From the NCBI GenBank assembly GCA_902514105.1, contig CABXPU010000003.1, positions 621 to 64,620 of the forward strand: a DNA stretch of 64,000 nucleotides, in the 5' to 3' direction. The position numbers were made by a program, and so were the translations under genes. Position 1 is the stretch's first letter, and each line of letters starts with the position of its first letter. The DNA is from an uncultured SAR86 cluster bacterium. GTDB lineage: Bacteria > Pseudomonadota > Gammaproteobacteria > Magnimaribacterales > D2472. Positions 27,470 to 38,902 of the stretch are shown here, in pieces. The notes beneath the pieces are model-generated. The model made no database searches. It was not told the DNA's origin and was given only the letters and a program-made list of their open reading frames with translations.

Positions 27470-29247
27470 TTATTTAATATTGTCTTAATTTCTCGTGCTA
27501 TTTTCTCATTAATACCATTAAGAGTCATTAAATCTTCAATACTTGCTTCAGTAATAGATTTAATATTTTTAAATTTATTTAATAATCTTCTCTTTAAAAT
27601 CCGCCCAATTCCTGGAACAAGATCTAGTTGAGATTTTTTTATTGTATTTTTCTTTCTTTGTGCTGAAATTGCAAAACGATGAGCTTCGTCTCGCATTTCT
27701 TGAAGTAACAAATATGATTTTGAATATTTATCAAATTCTACCAACCCATTAGCAGAAAAAATTGTTTCAGTAGCTCGAACTCTATTCCCTCCTTTGGCTA
27801 TAGAAATAACTTTAATATCATTATGAATTGAAGTTTTAATTATGGATCGTGTAAATTTTAGCTGTGTTTTACCCCCATCAATAACAATTAAATCAGGTTT
27901 GATATCTTTATCATCAAAATACTTCAGCCTTCTATTTAAAACATTTTCTAATGAGCCGATGTCATTGCCAGAAAATTCTTTTGGTATATTAAAAAGTCTA
28001 TACCCTTTTTTATAAGGTCCAGTTTTTGAAAAAACTACACATGATGCAATAGCGCTATCTCCTGAGAAGTGACTCACATCAAAAGTTTCAATTCTATTAA
28101 TGTCGTTAGATAATCCAAGATTTTTTGCTAATTCTTTAAATGCAAAAGTGTATTTGTCCTCTTTACTCAAATGATTAGATATAACTTGTTGAGAATTTAT
28201 CTTGCATAAGCTAAATAATGGCCTTATGTCTTTGCTTGGAGTAAATGAGATTTTTATATTAATATTATGTTTCTTTTTGATAGCTGCCTCTATTAATTCT
28301 TTTGATTCAAGTTTATTGATGCAAAGAACTTTATTTGGAATATCTATATTATTATTATAAAAATTTAATATAGCGCCCTGATAAACTGATTCTATTGAAT
28401 TGAAATATCCCTTTTTAATAAGGTTAGTTTTAGTGCCTCTTATTTTTCCTCTTCTTACAACTATTATGCAAACTCCAAGATATCCATTGTCCTCGTATGC
28501 CGAAAATATGTCTAAGTCTTTTGCAAGGGTGGTAACTGATTGCTCTTCTCTTAAAAGAGTAAGTCTATTTAGGCGATCTCTGATCTCAGCAGCTTTTTCA
28601 AAAGCTAATTTTGAGGCAGATGCTTTTATTTCTTTTTTTAATCTATCTACAGTCTGGGAATCAGATGAACTTAAGTAACTTATAGCGCTAGTTATATCCT
28701 CAGAATAGTTATTCTTTGTTATATTTTTTACACATGGAGCGCTGCACCTTTTCATTTGATGTTCGATACATGGTCTAGTTCTTGATGCAAATGTATTGTC
28801 ACTACAATTTCTTATTTTAAATATTTTTTGTATTTCCTTTATTGAAGATTTAACAGCATATGAACTTACAAATGGGCCAAAATACCTTTCATCAACTGCT
28901 TGTTTAGTCCTTTTTAAACTTACAGAAGGAAAATCATGATCAAGAGAGAAATAGATATATGGGTATGTTTTATCATCTCTCAGTAGAATATTAAATTTGG
29001 GCTTGTTTTCTCTAATAAGCATTTGTTCTAGTAGTAGAGCTTCTACTTCATTTTTTGTCGTAAAAGTTTCAATTTGATCTGTTAATTTTTTTATTTGTGA
29101 AGTTTTTCTATCTTTTTGAGCGCTACCAAAGTAACTTGATACTCTTTTTTTTAAATTTTTTGCTTTACCAATGTAAATGATTTCTGAATTGTTAAAGAAT
29201 TTATAAATGCCTGGAGTTTCAGGAACTTTTTTTAGATTAAGCTCCAT
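27466..29247 (-). CDS. uvrC: Excinuclease ABC subunit C
   Basis: GIY-YIG (PGIY...YIGKAKNLKKRV), LRDDKTYPY, DGGKTQL, RDEAHRFA, HhH. Start set at ATG 29247. Confidence 0.96.
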   Translation of the reverse strand: MELNLKKVPETPGIYKFFNNSEIIYIGKAKNLKKRVSSYFGSAQKDRKTSQIKKLTDQIETFTTKNEVEALLLEQMLIRENKPKFNILLRDDKTYPYIYFSLDHDFPSVSLKRTKQAVDERYFGPFVSSYAVKSSIKEIQKIFKIRNCSDNTFASRTRPCIEHQMKRCSAPCVKNITKNNYSEDITSAISYLSSSDSQTVDRLKKEIKASASKLAFEKAAEIRDRLNRLTLLREEQSVTTLAKDLDIFSAYEDNGYLGVCIIVVRRGKIRGTKTNLIKKGYFNSIESVYQGAILNFYNNNIDIPNKVLCINKLESKELIEAAIKKKHNINIKISFTPSKDIRPLFSLCKINSQQVISNHLSKEDKYTFAFKELAKNLGLSNDINRIETFDVSHFSGDSAIASCVVFSKTGPYKKGYRLFNIPKEFSGNDIGSLENVLNRRLKYFDDKDIKPDLIVIDGGKTQLKFTRSIIKTSIHNDIKVISIAKGGNRVRATETIFSANGLVEFDKYSKSYLLLQEMRDEAHRFAISAQRKKNTIKKSQLDLVPGIGRILKRRLLNKFKNIKSITEASIEDLMTLNGINEKIAREIKTILNK

Positions 29248-30535
29248 TATCTTGAAGATATTTTTTGGTATAAATCTTTCCGGCACTCACTCCATACTGA
29301 TCATATGGGTTTATTTGAAGCATTGCAGCAGTAATATATGTTCTATGCTCCCAAGTAGCTATCAGATAGCCTAGAGTGTATGCATCAATTTGATTTAGCA
29401 AAAAGAGATTTAAGGGAATATTGCCATTAATTTTTTCTTCATCTCTTAAAAGATCATCTGCTCCATCTGATAAAAGTTTTGCTTGAGTAATAGCCTGGGC
29501 ATATGCCAAGCTTTTTAAATCCTCTTTACTAGCAATTATATCTGCACATATATCTTGAGCGCCTTGATGAAGTAATTGAAAATAAGAATGTTGAGCAGTT
29601 GGGCCATATCCTCCAAAAATAATTTGTCCTGTTTTTTTAAAATCAGACTTTTTATGTGGCTGTTTACCAAGCGATTCCATTTCAAGTTGCTGGACATAGT
29701 CAGGAAGCGATCTTAATTTCCAGCTATATGATAAAACAGCTCGTGAGCTCTTATTTTCTGAGTTATTCAGCCAAATATCACTATAAGATAATGTTTTAAC
29801 AAATTCTAAATATTTCTTATTATTTTGAAGGTCTAAGTCTGCTTGATTACCGCCCTTCAGGAAATTATCTGGTTCAAAAGTTGCATCAAGAAAAGCAGGA
29901 ACTGAGATATCAGACCATATTGAATATCTGCCCCCGATCTCTTTATCAAATTTTATAATGTGCTTAATATTATATTTAGATGCCTCTGATTCATTTGCTG
30001 TTATTGCTATAAATTTATTCATATCTCCAGACCACTTTATTGCATGGCTTAGAGTCTCAAGTGTTTCATCGGTTGAGAATGACTTTGATGAGATTATAAA
30101 TAGTGTCTCAGTCTTTTTAAGATTAGAAGTTTTCTCTATAAATTCAACAGGATCTGAACCTGTAATAAACAGATGATTTAAATTTGTATTAGGGCCAATT
30201 AAACTTTCAATTAATAACTTTGGTCCTTCAAATGAACCGCCGATACCAAGAACAACAATATTAAGCACTCCATCAAGCACTCCTTTATTTAAGCACTCAG
30301 ACAGATCTTTGGATGGCCAATTAGGTGTATTTGCTCTGTATTTTGTATGCCATGCAGCCTGATCTTCAGTGAAATTGACGTTTTTACCTGCAAATAGGTC
30401 CTCTATCTTTGAATTAATATTAAGTTCTTCAAATTTTGAATTAAATTTATTGAAAATTGAGCTATTAAATCCTTTTAAATGAGACTCATATCTTAAAAGA
30501 TCATTTTCAAAGAAATAATTATTTGGCTTATCCAT
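29237..30535 (-). CDS. pgi: Glucose-6-phosphate isomerase (compact form)
   Basis: GIGGS, SKSFST, GGRYSIWS, QQLEMESLGK, QHSYFQLLHQG, INPYDQYGV. Confidence 0.9.
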   Translation of the reverse strand: MDKPNNYFFENDLLRYESHLKGFNSSIFNKFNSKFEELNINSKIEDLFAGKNVNFTEDQAAWHTKYRANTPNWPSKDLSECLNKGVLDGVLNIVVLGIGGSFEGPKLLIESLIGPNTNLNHLFITGSDPVEFIEKTSNLKKTETLFIISSKSFSTDETLETLSHAIKWSGDMNKFIAITANESEASKYNIKHIIKFDKEIGGRYSIWSDISVPAFLDATFEPDNFLKGGNQADLDLQNNKKYLEFVKTLSYSDIWLNNSENKSSRAVLSYSWKLRSLPDYVQQLEMESLGKQPHKKSDFKKTGQIIFGGYGPTAQHSYFQLLHQGAQDICADIIASKEDLKSLAYAQAITQAKLLSDGADDLLRDEEKINGNIPLNLFLLNQIDAYTLGYLIATWEHRTYITAAMLQINPYDQYGVSAGKIYTKKYLQDNGA

Positions 30536-30537
30536 AA

Positions 30538-31209
30538 TTAATTAATGCTTTGATAGATTGTATTTAATGCTTCTGAAATATCTTCAGCACCCGTTATAGG
30601 TCTTCCAATAACTATATAATTTGAGCCCAAGTCTATTGCTTGCTTAGGAGTCATTACTCTAGTTTGATCATCATTTAAATCTGACAAACGTATGCCAGGA
30701 GTAATTGAAAGAAGCGAACCTCTTGAAGTTACCAGATCAAGCTCATGTGGAGAGCATACAACTCCATCAATTTTTGCTTCTTCTGCTATATCAAGCATTG
30801 CATCAACTTGATCAGCAGCGGTTCTTTGATAAATTTGATTTGTATCTATATCAGATAGGCTTGTTAAAGTAGTAACTCCAAAAACCTTTATATCAGTTCC
30901 TTTTAATGCTTCCATTGCAGATTCCATCATAAGTCTGCCACCTGACGAATGGATAGTAAGCATCTTTATTGGAAGAGTTGATAGTCCTTCAATAGATTTT
31001 TTAACCGTATTTGGGATGTCGTGAAGCTTAAGGTCTAAAAAAATATCAAACCCCTTCTCTGCAGCTAAATGAATTATGTCATGGCCAAGCGCATTAAAAG
31101 AAACGCTTCCAATTTTTACCATACAAAGATTTGAATCTAAACTATCAAGGATATTAAGAAATGAATCCTTATTGGTTTCATCAATGGCTACTATGATTGA
31201 TTTGGTCAT
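30538..31209 (-). CDS. pyrF: Orotidine-5'-phosphate decarboxylase
   Basis: FLDLKLHDIPNTV, TPGIR, DDQTRVMTP, VIGRPI. Confidence 0.96.
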   Translation of the reverse strand: MTKSIIVAIDETNKDSFLNILDSLDSNLCMVKIGSVSFNALGHDIIHLAAEKGFDIFLDLKLHDIPNTVKKSIEGLSTLPIKMLTIHSSGGRLMMESAMEALKGTDIKVFGVTTLTSLSDIDTNQIYQRTAADQVDAMLDIAEEAKIDGVVCSPHELDLVTSRGSLLSITPGIRLSDLNDDQTRVMTPKQAIDLGSNYIVIGRPITGAEDISEALNTIYQSIN

Positions 31210-31233
31210 AATGAATGAATATTAAACCACAAT

Positions 31234-31524
31234 TTACTCTTCTAATAATGATTTAGAGGGCTTAAAGTGCATGGTTGCAGTCTCTCCTAAGTAAGATACC
31301 TCTTTTGTCTTAGGATTAACAAATCTTCTGGGCCTAATATATTTCTTTGAAAAAGTTCCAAATCCTCTAATCTCAACTTTGTCATCTTGAGCAACAGCTT
31401 CAACTATTGAATCAATTATTGCATCAATAGATTTTGTGATTTGATCTTTAGATAATTCAGGAAATTGTTTTAATAAACTAGATTCTATATCAGAGCGGTT
31501 GAGATTATCTTTGGAGTTACTCAC
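31234..31524 (-). CDS. ihfB: Integration host factor beta subunit
   Basis: [20 protein letters not shown]; follows rpsA. Confidence 0.88.
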   Translation of the reverse strand: MSNSKDNLNRSDIESSLLKQFPELSKDQITKSIDAIIDSIVEAVAQDDKVEIRGFGTFSKKYIRPRRFVNPKTKEVSYLGETATMHFKPSKSLLEE

Positions 31525-32824
31525 TTAACCTTAAGGAAATCCTTTCTCTTTCTGCATCTACACCAAAGACAACGCAAGAAAGCTTGTCACCTTTTTTATA
31601 ATTATCTAATTCTTCCTTCGGATCTTCTGCGTCTGAAATATCAGAGAGATGAATTAATCCATCTATATCACCCTCTAAGCCAACAAATATTCCAAAATCA
31701 GTAATTGATTTAATTTGGCCCTCAACCTTGTCGCCTAAAGTGTATTTATTAGAGAATTCAGTCCATGGATTTGCTTTGGTTTGTTTTAAGCCCAATGATA
31801 TTCTTCTTTTGTCATGATCAATCTCAAGAATCATAACTTTAATCTTTTGATCCATTTCTACGACTTTTGATGGATGAATATTTTTACTAGTCCAATCTAA
31901 TTCTGATAAATGAATAAGTCCTTCTATACCCTCTTCTAATTGAGCAAAACACCCATAATCAGTTATATTGGATACGTTAGCCTCATAAATCCCACCAACA
32001 GCATAATTGCCATCTACATTTTCCCAAGGGTCATTCTGTATTTGTTTTAAGCCAAGAGAAACTCTTAATTTTTCTTTATCAAAACTTAAGATCTTAACTT
32101 CGATTTCTTCGCCTAGATTTAAAACCTCAGCTGGGTTAGTTACTCTAGACCATGAAATATCAGTTATGTGTAAAAGCCCATCAAGGCCTCCAAGGTCTAC
32201 AAAAGCTCCATAATCAGTAATGTTTTTTACAACACCTTTAACTATCTGCCCTTCTTCTAAATTCTTTAGGAGCTCAACTTTAACAGCAGAATTATTTTTT
32301 TCTAAAACAGCTTTTCTAGATAAAACAACGTTATTTCTTTTGTAGTCTAATTTTATTACTTTGAATTCTTGAACAGTATTTTCTATATCAGGAGCTTCTT
32401 TAACCGGACGAACGTCAACCAAAGAACCTGGAAGGAATGCTTTAACAACTTCAACTTCTACAGAAAAACCGCCTTTAACTCTATTAATAATTTTACCGGT
32501 TACAAATTCCCCGGTTTCTAATGCCTCTTCAAGCATTTTCCAGGTTGAAATTTTTCTAGCTTTTTCTCTAGAGATCCTAGTTTCACCATAACCATCTTCA
32601 ACGGCTTCAAGTGCAACCTCAACTTCATCTCCAACATTAATATCAAGCTCTCCTTCATTATTTCTAAACTCATCAAGAGATACTACTCCTTCTGATTTTA
32701 GTCCTACGTGAACGGTTACCCAATCTTTATCTACATCCAAAACAACCCCAGATACGATTGATCCAGGCTGCATATCTAGCGTGCTTAAACTCTCATCTAG
32801 TAAAGCTGAAAATGACTCTGTCAT
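31517..32824 (-). CDS. rpsA: 30S ribosomal protein S1 (five S1 domains)
   Basis: MTESF start, [31 protein letters not shown]; cmk-rpsA-ihfB order. Confidence 0.97.
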   Translation of the reverse strand: MTESFSALLDESLSTLDMQPGSIVSGVVLDVDKDWVTVHVGLKSEGVVSLDEFRNNEGELDINVGDEVEVALEAVEDGYGETRISREKARKISTWKMLEEALETGEFVTGKIINRVKGGFSVEVEVVKAFLPGSLVDVRPVKEAPDIENTVQEFKVIKLDYKRNNVVLSRKAVLEKNNSAVKVELLKNLEEGQIVKGVVKNITDYGAFVDLGGLDGLLHITDISWSRVTNPAEVLNLGEEIEVKILSFDKEKLRVSLGLKQIQNDPWENVDGNYAVGGIYEANVSNITDYGCFAQLEEGIEGLIHLSELDWTSKNIHPSKVVEMDQKIKVMILEIDHDKRRISLGLKQTKANPWTEFSNKYTLGDKVEGQIKSITDFGIFVGLEGDIDGLIHLSDISDAEDPKEELDNYKKGDKLSCVVFGVDAERERISLRLSE

Positions 32825-33480
32825 ATATTAAATTCCTTTTTTATAAGTTTTTTAGTAAAACTTAGTACTTCATCAAGAGACATTGAAGAAGAATCGACAA
32901 TAATCGAATCATCTGCTGGGACCAGTGGAGATAAAGCCCTTGTTTTATCAAGCAAATCCCTAGCTTCAATATCCTCTATCAGATCGCGCATATTAACTTC
33001 TTGATCACGATTCTGCAACTCTAAATATCTTCTTTTTGCTCTTATTTCTGGCGATGCATCTAAAAATATTTTTAGATCAGCTTCTGGAAAAACTACCGTT
33101 CCCATATCCCTTCCATCAGCTATTAAGTTCTTATTAAGCATAAAATTGCGTTGAATATCTATTAATGATTTCCTGGTCTCACTTAATGCACTTAATTCAG
33201 AAGCTACTTTTGCAATCTTCTCATTTCTAATTGAACCTGTAATATCAATATTTTTATGAAGAATTTTCGTATCATCCTCTTCGGGTATAAAAATTAGATC
33301 TTTAATTTCATTTTTAATTTCATCCTGACAAAGGTCTTTATTATAAAAAAATGCGTAAGACCTATACAAAGCTCCACTATCCAAAATAGAAAAGTTTAAA
33401 AAAAGAGCTAATTGTCTTGCTAAAGAACCCTTTCCAGCTGCTGAAGGTCCATCAATAGTTATAATTTGTCTTTTACTCAC
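32821..33480 (-). CDS. cmk: Cytidylate kinase
   Basis: [34 protein letters not shown]. Confidence 0.96.
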   Translation of the reverse strand: MSKRQIITIDGPSAAGKGSLARQLALFLNFSILDSGALYRSYAFFYNKDLCQDEIKNEIKDLIFIPEEDDTKILHKNIDITGSIRNEKIAKVASELSALSETRKSLIDIQRNFMLNKNLIADGRDMGTVVFPEADLKIFLDASPEIRAKRRYLELQNRDQEVNMRDLIEDIEARDLLDKTRALSPLVPADDSIIVDSSSMSLDEVLSFTKKLIKKEFNI

Positions 33481-34780
33481 TAATTTCCATACCTAAATCA
33501 TTCATTGTTTGAATAAAATTTGGATAAGAAGTATAAATGTTTTTACAGTCCTTAACACAAACTCCACCGCCTATCTTCAAGCTAGAAATAAGAAAACTCA
33601 TTGCAATTCTATGATCTCCAAAAGAGTCTATTTCAATAAGATCATCTGTCTCTGGGATGCCTCCAGTAATTGAAATTCCATCATCGTATAGTGAATATTT
33701 AACATTTAAAGCATTAAGACCTTCACCAATAGCCTCTAATCTATCAGACTCTTTTACTCTTAACTCCTTGGCATCTGAAATTTTTGTAATACCTTCAGCG
33801 CAGGCTGCAGCAATACTTAAAATAGGTATTTCATCGATTATATTAGGAATAATGTCGCCTCCTATATTTATGCCTTTTAATTGTGATGATTTGACCGTTA
33901 AATCGCCTGCCTTTTCTCCACATTTAAAAATCTTATTGGATACCTCTATATTTGCTCCCATTTCTTTCAGAATACTAATAAGTCCGCATCTTGTAGGATT
34001 TAGTCCAACATTTTTAATAGTAATTGTTGAATTTTTAGCTATTAAACCTGCAACTATCAAAAAGGACGCTGATGAGAAATCACCAACCACATCATAATTT
34101 TTTTGTTGAAAAGAATTTCCTGGTATGAAGGTTATTTGCTTGCCCCCATTTATTTCTTTAGATTCAATATTTAGTCCAAAATATTCAAGCATTATTTCTG
34201 TATGATCCCTAGTTATAGCTGGTTCAAATACAGAAACTTTCTTATTTGAAGCTACCCCCGCTAATATAATTGCAGATTTAACTTGAGCGCTAGCGATAGG
34301 CATTTCGTATACAAAATTATCATTTAGCGTTTTTGCAATAATATGGACTGGTGGCAATCCATCTATAATTTTTATATCTGCACCCATCTCATTAAGCGGT
34401 ATTGAAACTCGTTTCATTGGTCTTTTCATTAATGAATTATCGCCTATGAGTTCTGCTTCAAGCCCCAAGCCACTTATTAAGCCCATCATTAATCTCATTC
34501 CTGTTCCTGAATTATCTAGACTAATTGGTGCTAATGGGTTTTTAAAAGGTATTTCTCTGTTCGAGAGTTTTACATCTCCATCTTCAATTGAAATATTGGC
34601 TCCTATTGCATTAAGAGCATTCAAGGTGGATATTGGATCATCTCCATGCAAGAATCCTGAGATAGTAATTTCTTTATTAATTAAAGATCCAATGATAACG
34701 GATCTTTGAGAAATTGATTTATCACCAGGGCAAAGTGCCTGGCCATTTAATGAGGATGTATTTTTAGCAAGCAATATCAA
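33473..34780 (-). CDS. aroA: EPSP synthase
   Basis: PGDKSISQR, NSGTGMRL, SAQVKSA, RVKESDR, DHRIAMS. Confidence 0.96.
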   Translation of the reverse strand: MILLAKNTSSLNGQALCPGDKSISQRSVIIGSLINKEITISGFLHGDDPISTLNALNAIGANISIEDGDVKLSNREIPFKNPLAPISLDNSGTGMRLMMGLISGLGLEAELIGDNSLMKRPMKRVSIPLNEMGADIKIIDGLPPVHIIAKTLNDNFVYEMPIASAQVKSAIILAGVASNKKVSVFEPAITRDHTEIMLEYFGLNIESKEINGGKQITFIPGNSFQQKNYDVVGDFSSASFLIVAGLIAKNSTITIKNVGLNPTRCGLISILKEMGANIEVSNKIFKCGEKAGDLTVKSSQLKGINIGGDIIPNIIDEIPILSIAAACAEGITKISDAKELRVKESDRLEAIGEGLNALNVKYSLYDDGISITGGIPETDDLIEIDSFGDHRIAMSFLISSLKIGGGVCVKDCKNIYTSYPNFIQTMNDLGMEISE

Positions 34781-35634
34781 AACTTAGAATTCTTGTAATC
34801 TTTTATAAGTGTTAAGAAGTTTTGTAATGCCTCATCATCTCCATCTTCTATTAATTTTTTAATTTCATCTAAACTATCCTTGTATGCATCAATAGAGCTT
34901 GAAATGCTTTCCTTGTTACTTAGAAAAATATCTGTCCACATTTTTGGATCTGATCCAGCAATTCTTACAAAATCTCTTAAGCCTCCTGCAGAAAAAGTTG
35001 TTATATTGCTATTCGGATTTTTCATTATGCTATCTAAAACAGCATATGAAATAACGTGAGGCAGATGGCTGGCATATGAAATGATTTCATCGTGCTTCAT
35101 AGAATCTATATTAATAACATCTGCCCCTAAACTTTTCCATAAATTAGTTACTGAGGTCAAACAGTGATTTTTTGATTCTGTTATTTCTGTAATAAGTACT
35201 TTTTTATTATTAAACATGGCTTCATCGGCATAGCCGACGCCAGTATTATGGGATCCAGCCATGGGGTGTGACAAAATAATATTAGATGGTGATGAGTAGT
35301 TATCTGCCAAATAATTATGAATCAATAATTTTGCACTAGCAGTATCTGTAATAGCTATATCTGAATTAAATAAACTATTAATGGAATCATATACTTTTAA
35401 GCTCTCAATAACCGGAACAGCTATTATGATTATATCTACCTCGTTTGGTTCTAAATTATTTATATCACCTAGTGCGTTAATCTTATGATCAATAATTCCA
35501 ACATCTTGAGCTAAATCAAGAGCAGAAGGGTTGTGATCATATGCGCTGATTTTTATATCTGGATTTTGATTTTTTAGAGCCTTAGCAACAGAGCCACCCA
35601 TTAATCCAAGACCAATAATGACAAGTGAATTCAT
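34777..35634 (-). CDS. tyrA: Prephenate dehydrogenase
   Basis: GLGLMGGS, HPMAGS, HD...SHLPH, RIAGSDPKMWTDI. Confidence 0.93.
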   Translation of the reverse strand: MNSLVIIGLGLMGGSVAKALKNQNPDIKISAYDHNPSALDLAQDVGIIDHKINALGDINNLEPNEVDIIIIAVPVIESLKVYDSINSLFNSDIAITDTASAKLLIHNYLADNYSSPSNIILSHPMAGSHNTGVGYADEAMFNNKKVLITEITESKNHCLTSVTNLWKSLGADVINIDSMKHDEIISYASHLPHVISYAVLDSIMKNPNSNITTFSAGGLRDFVRIAGSDPKMWTDIFLSNKESISSSIDAYKDSLDEIKKLIEDGDDEALQNFLTLIKDYKNSKF

Positions 35635-36728
35635 AATAATTCTCCTATATTATCTAAAAAATAATCATTCTCCTCTTTGGTGCCAATAGTCATTCGGATA
35701 TATTCAGGCATATCATAAAGAGCCATTGGTCTAACAATAACTCCTCTTTTCATTAGCCTAATAAATATATCCTGAGCATCAAATGCTCCTTTGAAAGTAA
35801 TAAAATTACCCTGAGAATCTATACAATCCATACCAATAGACTTTAATGCAAAATTGACCCTTTGTCGCTCAGATGAGTTTAATTCTTTACTCTTTTGGAT
35901 GTGATCTTCATCATGAATAGCAGCTATTGCAGCTTTTTGAGCAATAAAATTTACATTGAAAGGTTGGCGAACTTTATTTAGAACACTGCAAAGTTCTTCA
36001 CTACATAAGCCATAACCAACCCTTAAACTTGCAATTCCATGAATTTTAGAAAAAGTTTTAGTTATTAGAATATTATTATATTCATTCAATAATTCTTGAA
36101 CGTTAATATAATCAACTGATTCAACATACTCAAAATAAGCAAGATCAAGAACTACAAGGACTGAAGATGGAATCTCTTGCATCATACTTTTAAATTCATA
36201 TTGGGAGTTAAATGTTCCTGTAGGATTATTTGGATTTGCAACAAAAATAATTCTTGTATTTTCTGAAAGATAATCTTTAAAACTTCCTAAATCGTGACTC
36301 CAATTCAACATTGGAACCTCTATAACTTTTGAGCCACATGATTGAGAAATAATTTTATAGACAGCAAAGGCATGCTTTGACATTAATGCACTAGTGTTGT
36401 TATTTAAAAATGCTCTTGCAGCGATCTCTATAATTTCATTGGAGCCATTTCCTATAATAATTTGAGAGGAATGCACTTTCTCTAATTCACCAATTGAATC
36501 TTTAAGCTCTTTAGCATCTCCATCTGGATAGAGATGCAAATCATTACTTAATAGATTTAAAACCTCTTTAGCTTTTGGAGATGCCCCTAAAGGATTTTCA
36601 TTACTTGCCAATTTCACAACTTTCTTTGGGCCATATTCTGCAATTACATCTTCTATAGGCCTTCCTGGCTCATAAGGATGAAGATCTTCTAAACCTTTAT
36701 TTGCAAAAGTGAGAATTGAATTGCTCAT
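35631..36728 (-). CDS. hisC: Histidinol-phosphate aminotransferase
   Basis: KLASNENPLG, GNGSNE, NPNNPTG, TFSKIHG..LRVGY; pheA-hisC-tyrA order. Confidence 0.93.
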   Translation of the reverse strand: MSNSILTFANKGLEDLHPYEPGRPIEDVIAEYGPKKVVKLASNENPLGASPKAKEVLNLLSNDLHLYPDGDAKELKDSIGELEKVHSSQIIIGNGSNEIIEIAARAFLNNNTSALMSKHAFAVYKIISQSCGSKVIEVPMLNWSHDLGSFKDYLSENTRIIFVANPNNPTGTFNSQYEFKSMMQEIPSSVLVVLDLAYFEYVESVDYINVQELLNEYNNILITKTFSKIHGIASLRVGYGLCSEELCSVLNKVRQPFNVNFIAQKAAIAAIHDEDHIQKSKELNSSERQRVNFALKSIGMDCIDSQGNFITFKGAFDAQDIFIRLMKRGVIVRPMALYDMPEYIRMTIGTKEENDYFLDNIGELL

Positions 36729-37807
36729 GAATCTTCAGGGTATGATCCTAAGATTCTTAGGGATGCTCCTTTAGATTGAATTTCTTTAATAACTGATTTT
36801 AATTTTGGATCGTTCATATGCCCTTCACTGTCAATAAAAAAATCATGAGAATTGGCTAAAGTTCTTGATGGTCTAGTTTCTATCTTATTTAAATTTATTT
36901 TCTTTGTATCAAAAGGTTTTAAAACTTTAAGTAAAGAGCCAGGTTTATTTTTTGTTTGGACTAACATTGATGTCTTGTCCCTACTACTTTTTCCTACCTC
37001 ATCGTTTCCGATAATTAAAAAACGGGTTTGGTTATTCAAGACATCTTCAATATTCCTTTCATGGCAAAAAAGTTTATATTTATCAATTGCAAGATTATTT
37101 ACTATACATAAAGCGTCTTTATGATCTTTAGCATATTGAGCGGCCTCTGCAGAGCTGCTCATAACTTTCCTCTTAATATTACCAAGGTTAGAGTCTATCC
37201 ATTTAGTACATTGTCCAAGAGCTTGAGGGTGGGAAGCAATTACATTAGCTTTTTTAATTGAAATATTCTTTGCTGAAGCAAGTTGATGATGAATATCTAT
37301 ATATGCCTCACCACAAATTTTTAGCTTATGATCTGCTAAGCAATTAAGTGTAGAGTTAATAACTCCTTCATATGAATTTTCTACTGGCACTATGCCTAAT
37401 GAAACTTCATTACTCTCAACTTTTCTGAAAACTTCTTCAATTGATGTGACGGGAGTTCTTTTTGAAGAAGAGCCAAATTTATTAATTAAGGCTGCCTCAG
37501 AGTGTGTTCCCTCAGGCCCAAGATATGCAATATTAATGTCTTCTTCTAAAGAGAGGCAGGCTGCTATTAATTCTTTATATATTACCTTTATTTTTTTATC
37601 AGATATGTTGCCCTTATTCTCTTTAAGAATGTTCCTTAAGATATCAGCTTCTCTTTCTGGTTTATATAAAGAAGCTTTAGGGTCTAAAGTAGACTTAATT
37701 TTTCCAATTTTGAGAGCGAGCTCAGCCCTGCTTTGAATTAATTTAAGCATCTTTTTATCAAGATGATCTACCTTATCTCGATATTTTTTTAGATTTTCCT
37801 TACTCAT
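36725..37807 (-). CDS. pheA: Chorismate mutase/prephenate dehydratase
   Basis: AYLGPEGTHS, PVENS, SHPQAL, NQTRF, IETRP, LGSYP. Confidence 0.96.
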   Translation of the reverse strand: MSKENLKKYRDKVDHLDKKMLKLIQSRAELALKIGKIKSTLDPKASLYKPEREADILRNILKENKGNISDKKIKVIYKELIAACLSLEEDINIAYLGPEGTHSEAALINKFGSSSKRTPVTSIEEVFRKVESNEVSLGIVPVENSYEGVINSTLNCLADHKLKICGEAYIDIHHQLASAKNISIKKANVIASHPQALGQCTKWIDSNLGNIKRKVMSSSAEAAQYAKDHKDALCIVNNLAIDKYKLFCHERNIEDVLNNQTRFLIIGNDEVGKSSRDKTSMLVQTKNKPGSLLKVLKPFDTKKINLNKIETRPSRTLANSHDFFIDSEGHMNDPKLKSVIKEIQSKGASLRILGSYPEDS

Positions 37808-37812
37808 TTATG

Positions 37813-38889
37813 TCAACCATTCTTATTTTCAAAGTCTTTCATGAAATCAATTAAATCATGGACCCCCTCAATAGGCATTGCATTATATATGCTAGCGCGC
37901 ATTCCTCCTAAAGATCTATGGCCTTGTATGTTTAAAAGGCCTCTTTTTTGAGCTTCATTTATAAATAAAGAATCAAGATCTTTGTTGAAGAGTGTAAATG
38001 GAATATTCATAATTGATCTATCTGTTTTCCTTACAGGGTTAGAGAAATAATCAGAATTATCAATAAAATTGTATAAAGTTTGTGCCTTTAAGTGATTCTT
38101 TTGCTTCATTTTTTCAAGACCACCTTCTCTTTTAAGCCACTTAAATACTTTTCCTGCTATGTACCATGAAAATGTTGGAGGCGTGTTAAGCATTGAATCA
38201 TTTTCTGAGTGTTTGCTATAACGAAAGATATTTGGGATATTTGTATTCTCAAGCTCAAACATTGATTTTTTAATAATAACTACAGTTAATCCAGCGGGCC
38301 CGATATTCTTTTGAGCTCCAGCATAAATTAGATCAAATTTAGAGACATCTATTGGTTCGCTTAGTATTACTGAAGACATATCAGCAATAACTTTAGAATC
38401 TATTAAAGGTGGGCTATGGATTGCTACGCCATGAATTGTCTCATTGGGAACATAATGAAAATACTGAGCTTTAGAATCAATGTTCCAATCATCAAAATTA
38501 GGAATATGGTTATAATTTTCTTCCTCTGATGATGCTACAACATTTATGTTTGATAATCTTGAGGCTTCTGAGATAGCTTTTTTAGACCAAGCGCCAGTTA
38601 ATAGATAATCTGCTGAATCTTCTTTAGAGGAAAAATTCATTGGCACCATTGAAAATTGATGAGTTGCACCACCCTGAAGAAATAAAACATCATAGTCATC
38701 TGGAATGAAAAGAAGATCAATAAAATCTTGCTTAGCAGAATGAGCAATCTCTTTGAAAATTGAGGACCTATGACTCATTTCCATAATAGACATCCCTGAA
38801 TTATTCCAATCAAGCAATTCTGCTTTTACTTCTTTTAAAACTTCTTCTGGAATTGCTGCGGGTCCAGCACAAAAATTTCTGACTCTCAT
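37813..38889 (-). CDS. serC: Phosphoserine aminotransferase
   Basis: NFCAGPA, EMSHRS, QGGA, GAQKNIGPAG, NTPP, GHRSLGGMRASIYNA. Confidence 0.97.
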   Translation of the reverse strand: MRVRNFCAGPAAIPEEVLKEVKAELLDWNNSGMSIMEMSHRSSIFKEIAHSAKQDFIDLLFIPDDYDVLFLQGGATHQFSMVPMNFSSKEDSADYLLTGAWSKKAISEASRLSNINVVASSEEENYNHIPNFDDWNIDSKAQYFHYVPNETIHGVAIHSPPLIDSKVIADMSSVILSEPIDVSKFDLIYAGAQKNIGPAGLTVVIIKKSMFELENTNIPNIFRYSKHSENDSMLNTPPTFSWYIAGKVFKWLKREGGLEKMKQKNHLKAQTLYNFIDNSDYFSNPVRKTDRSIMNIPFTLFNKDLDSLFINEAQKRGLLNIQGHRSLGGMRASIYNAMPIEGVHDLIDFMKDFENKNG

Positions 38890-38902
38890 TAGAGGCTGCT
38901 CC

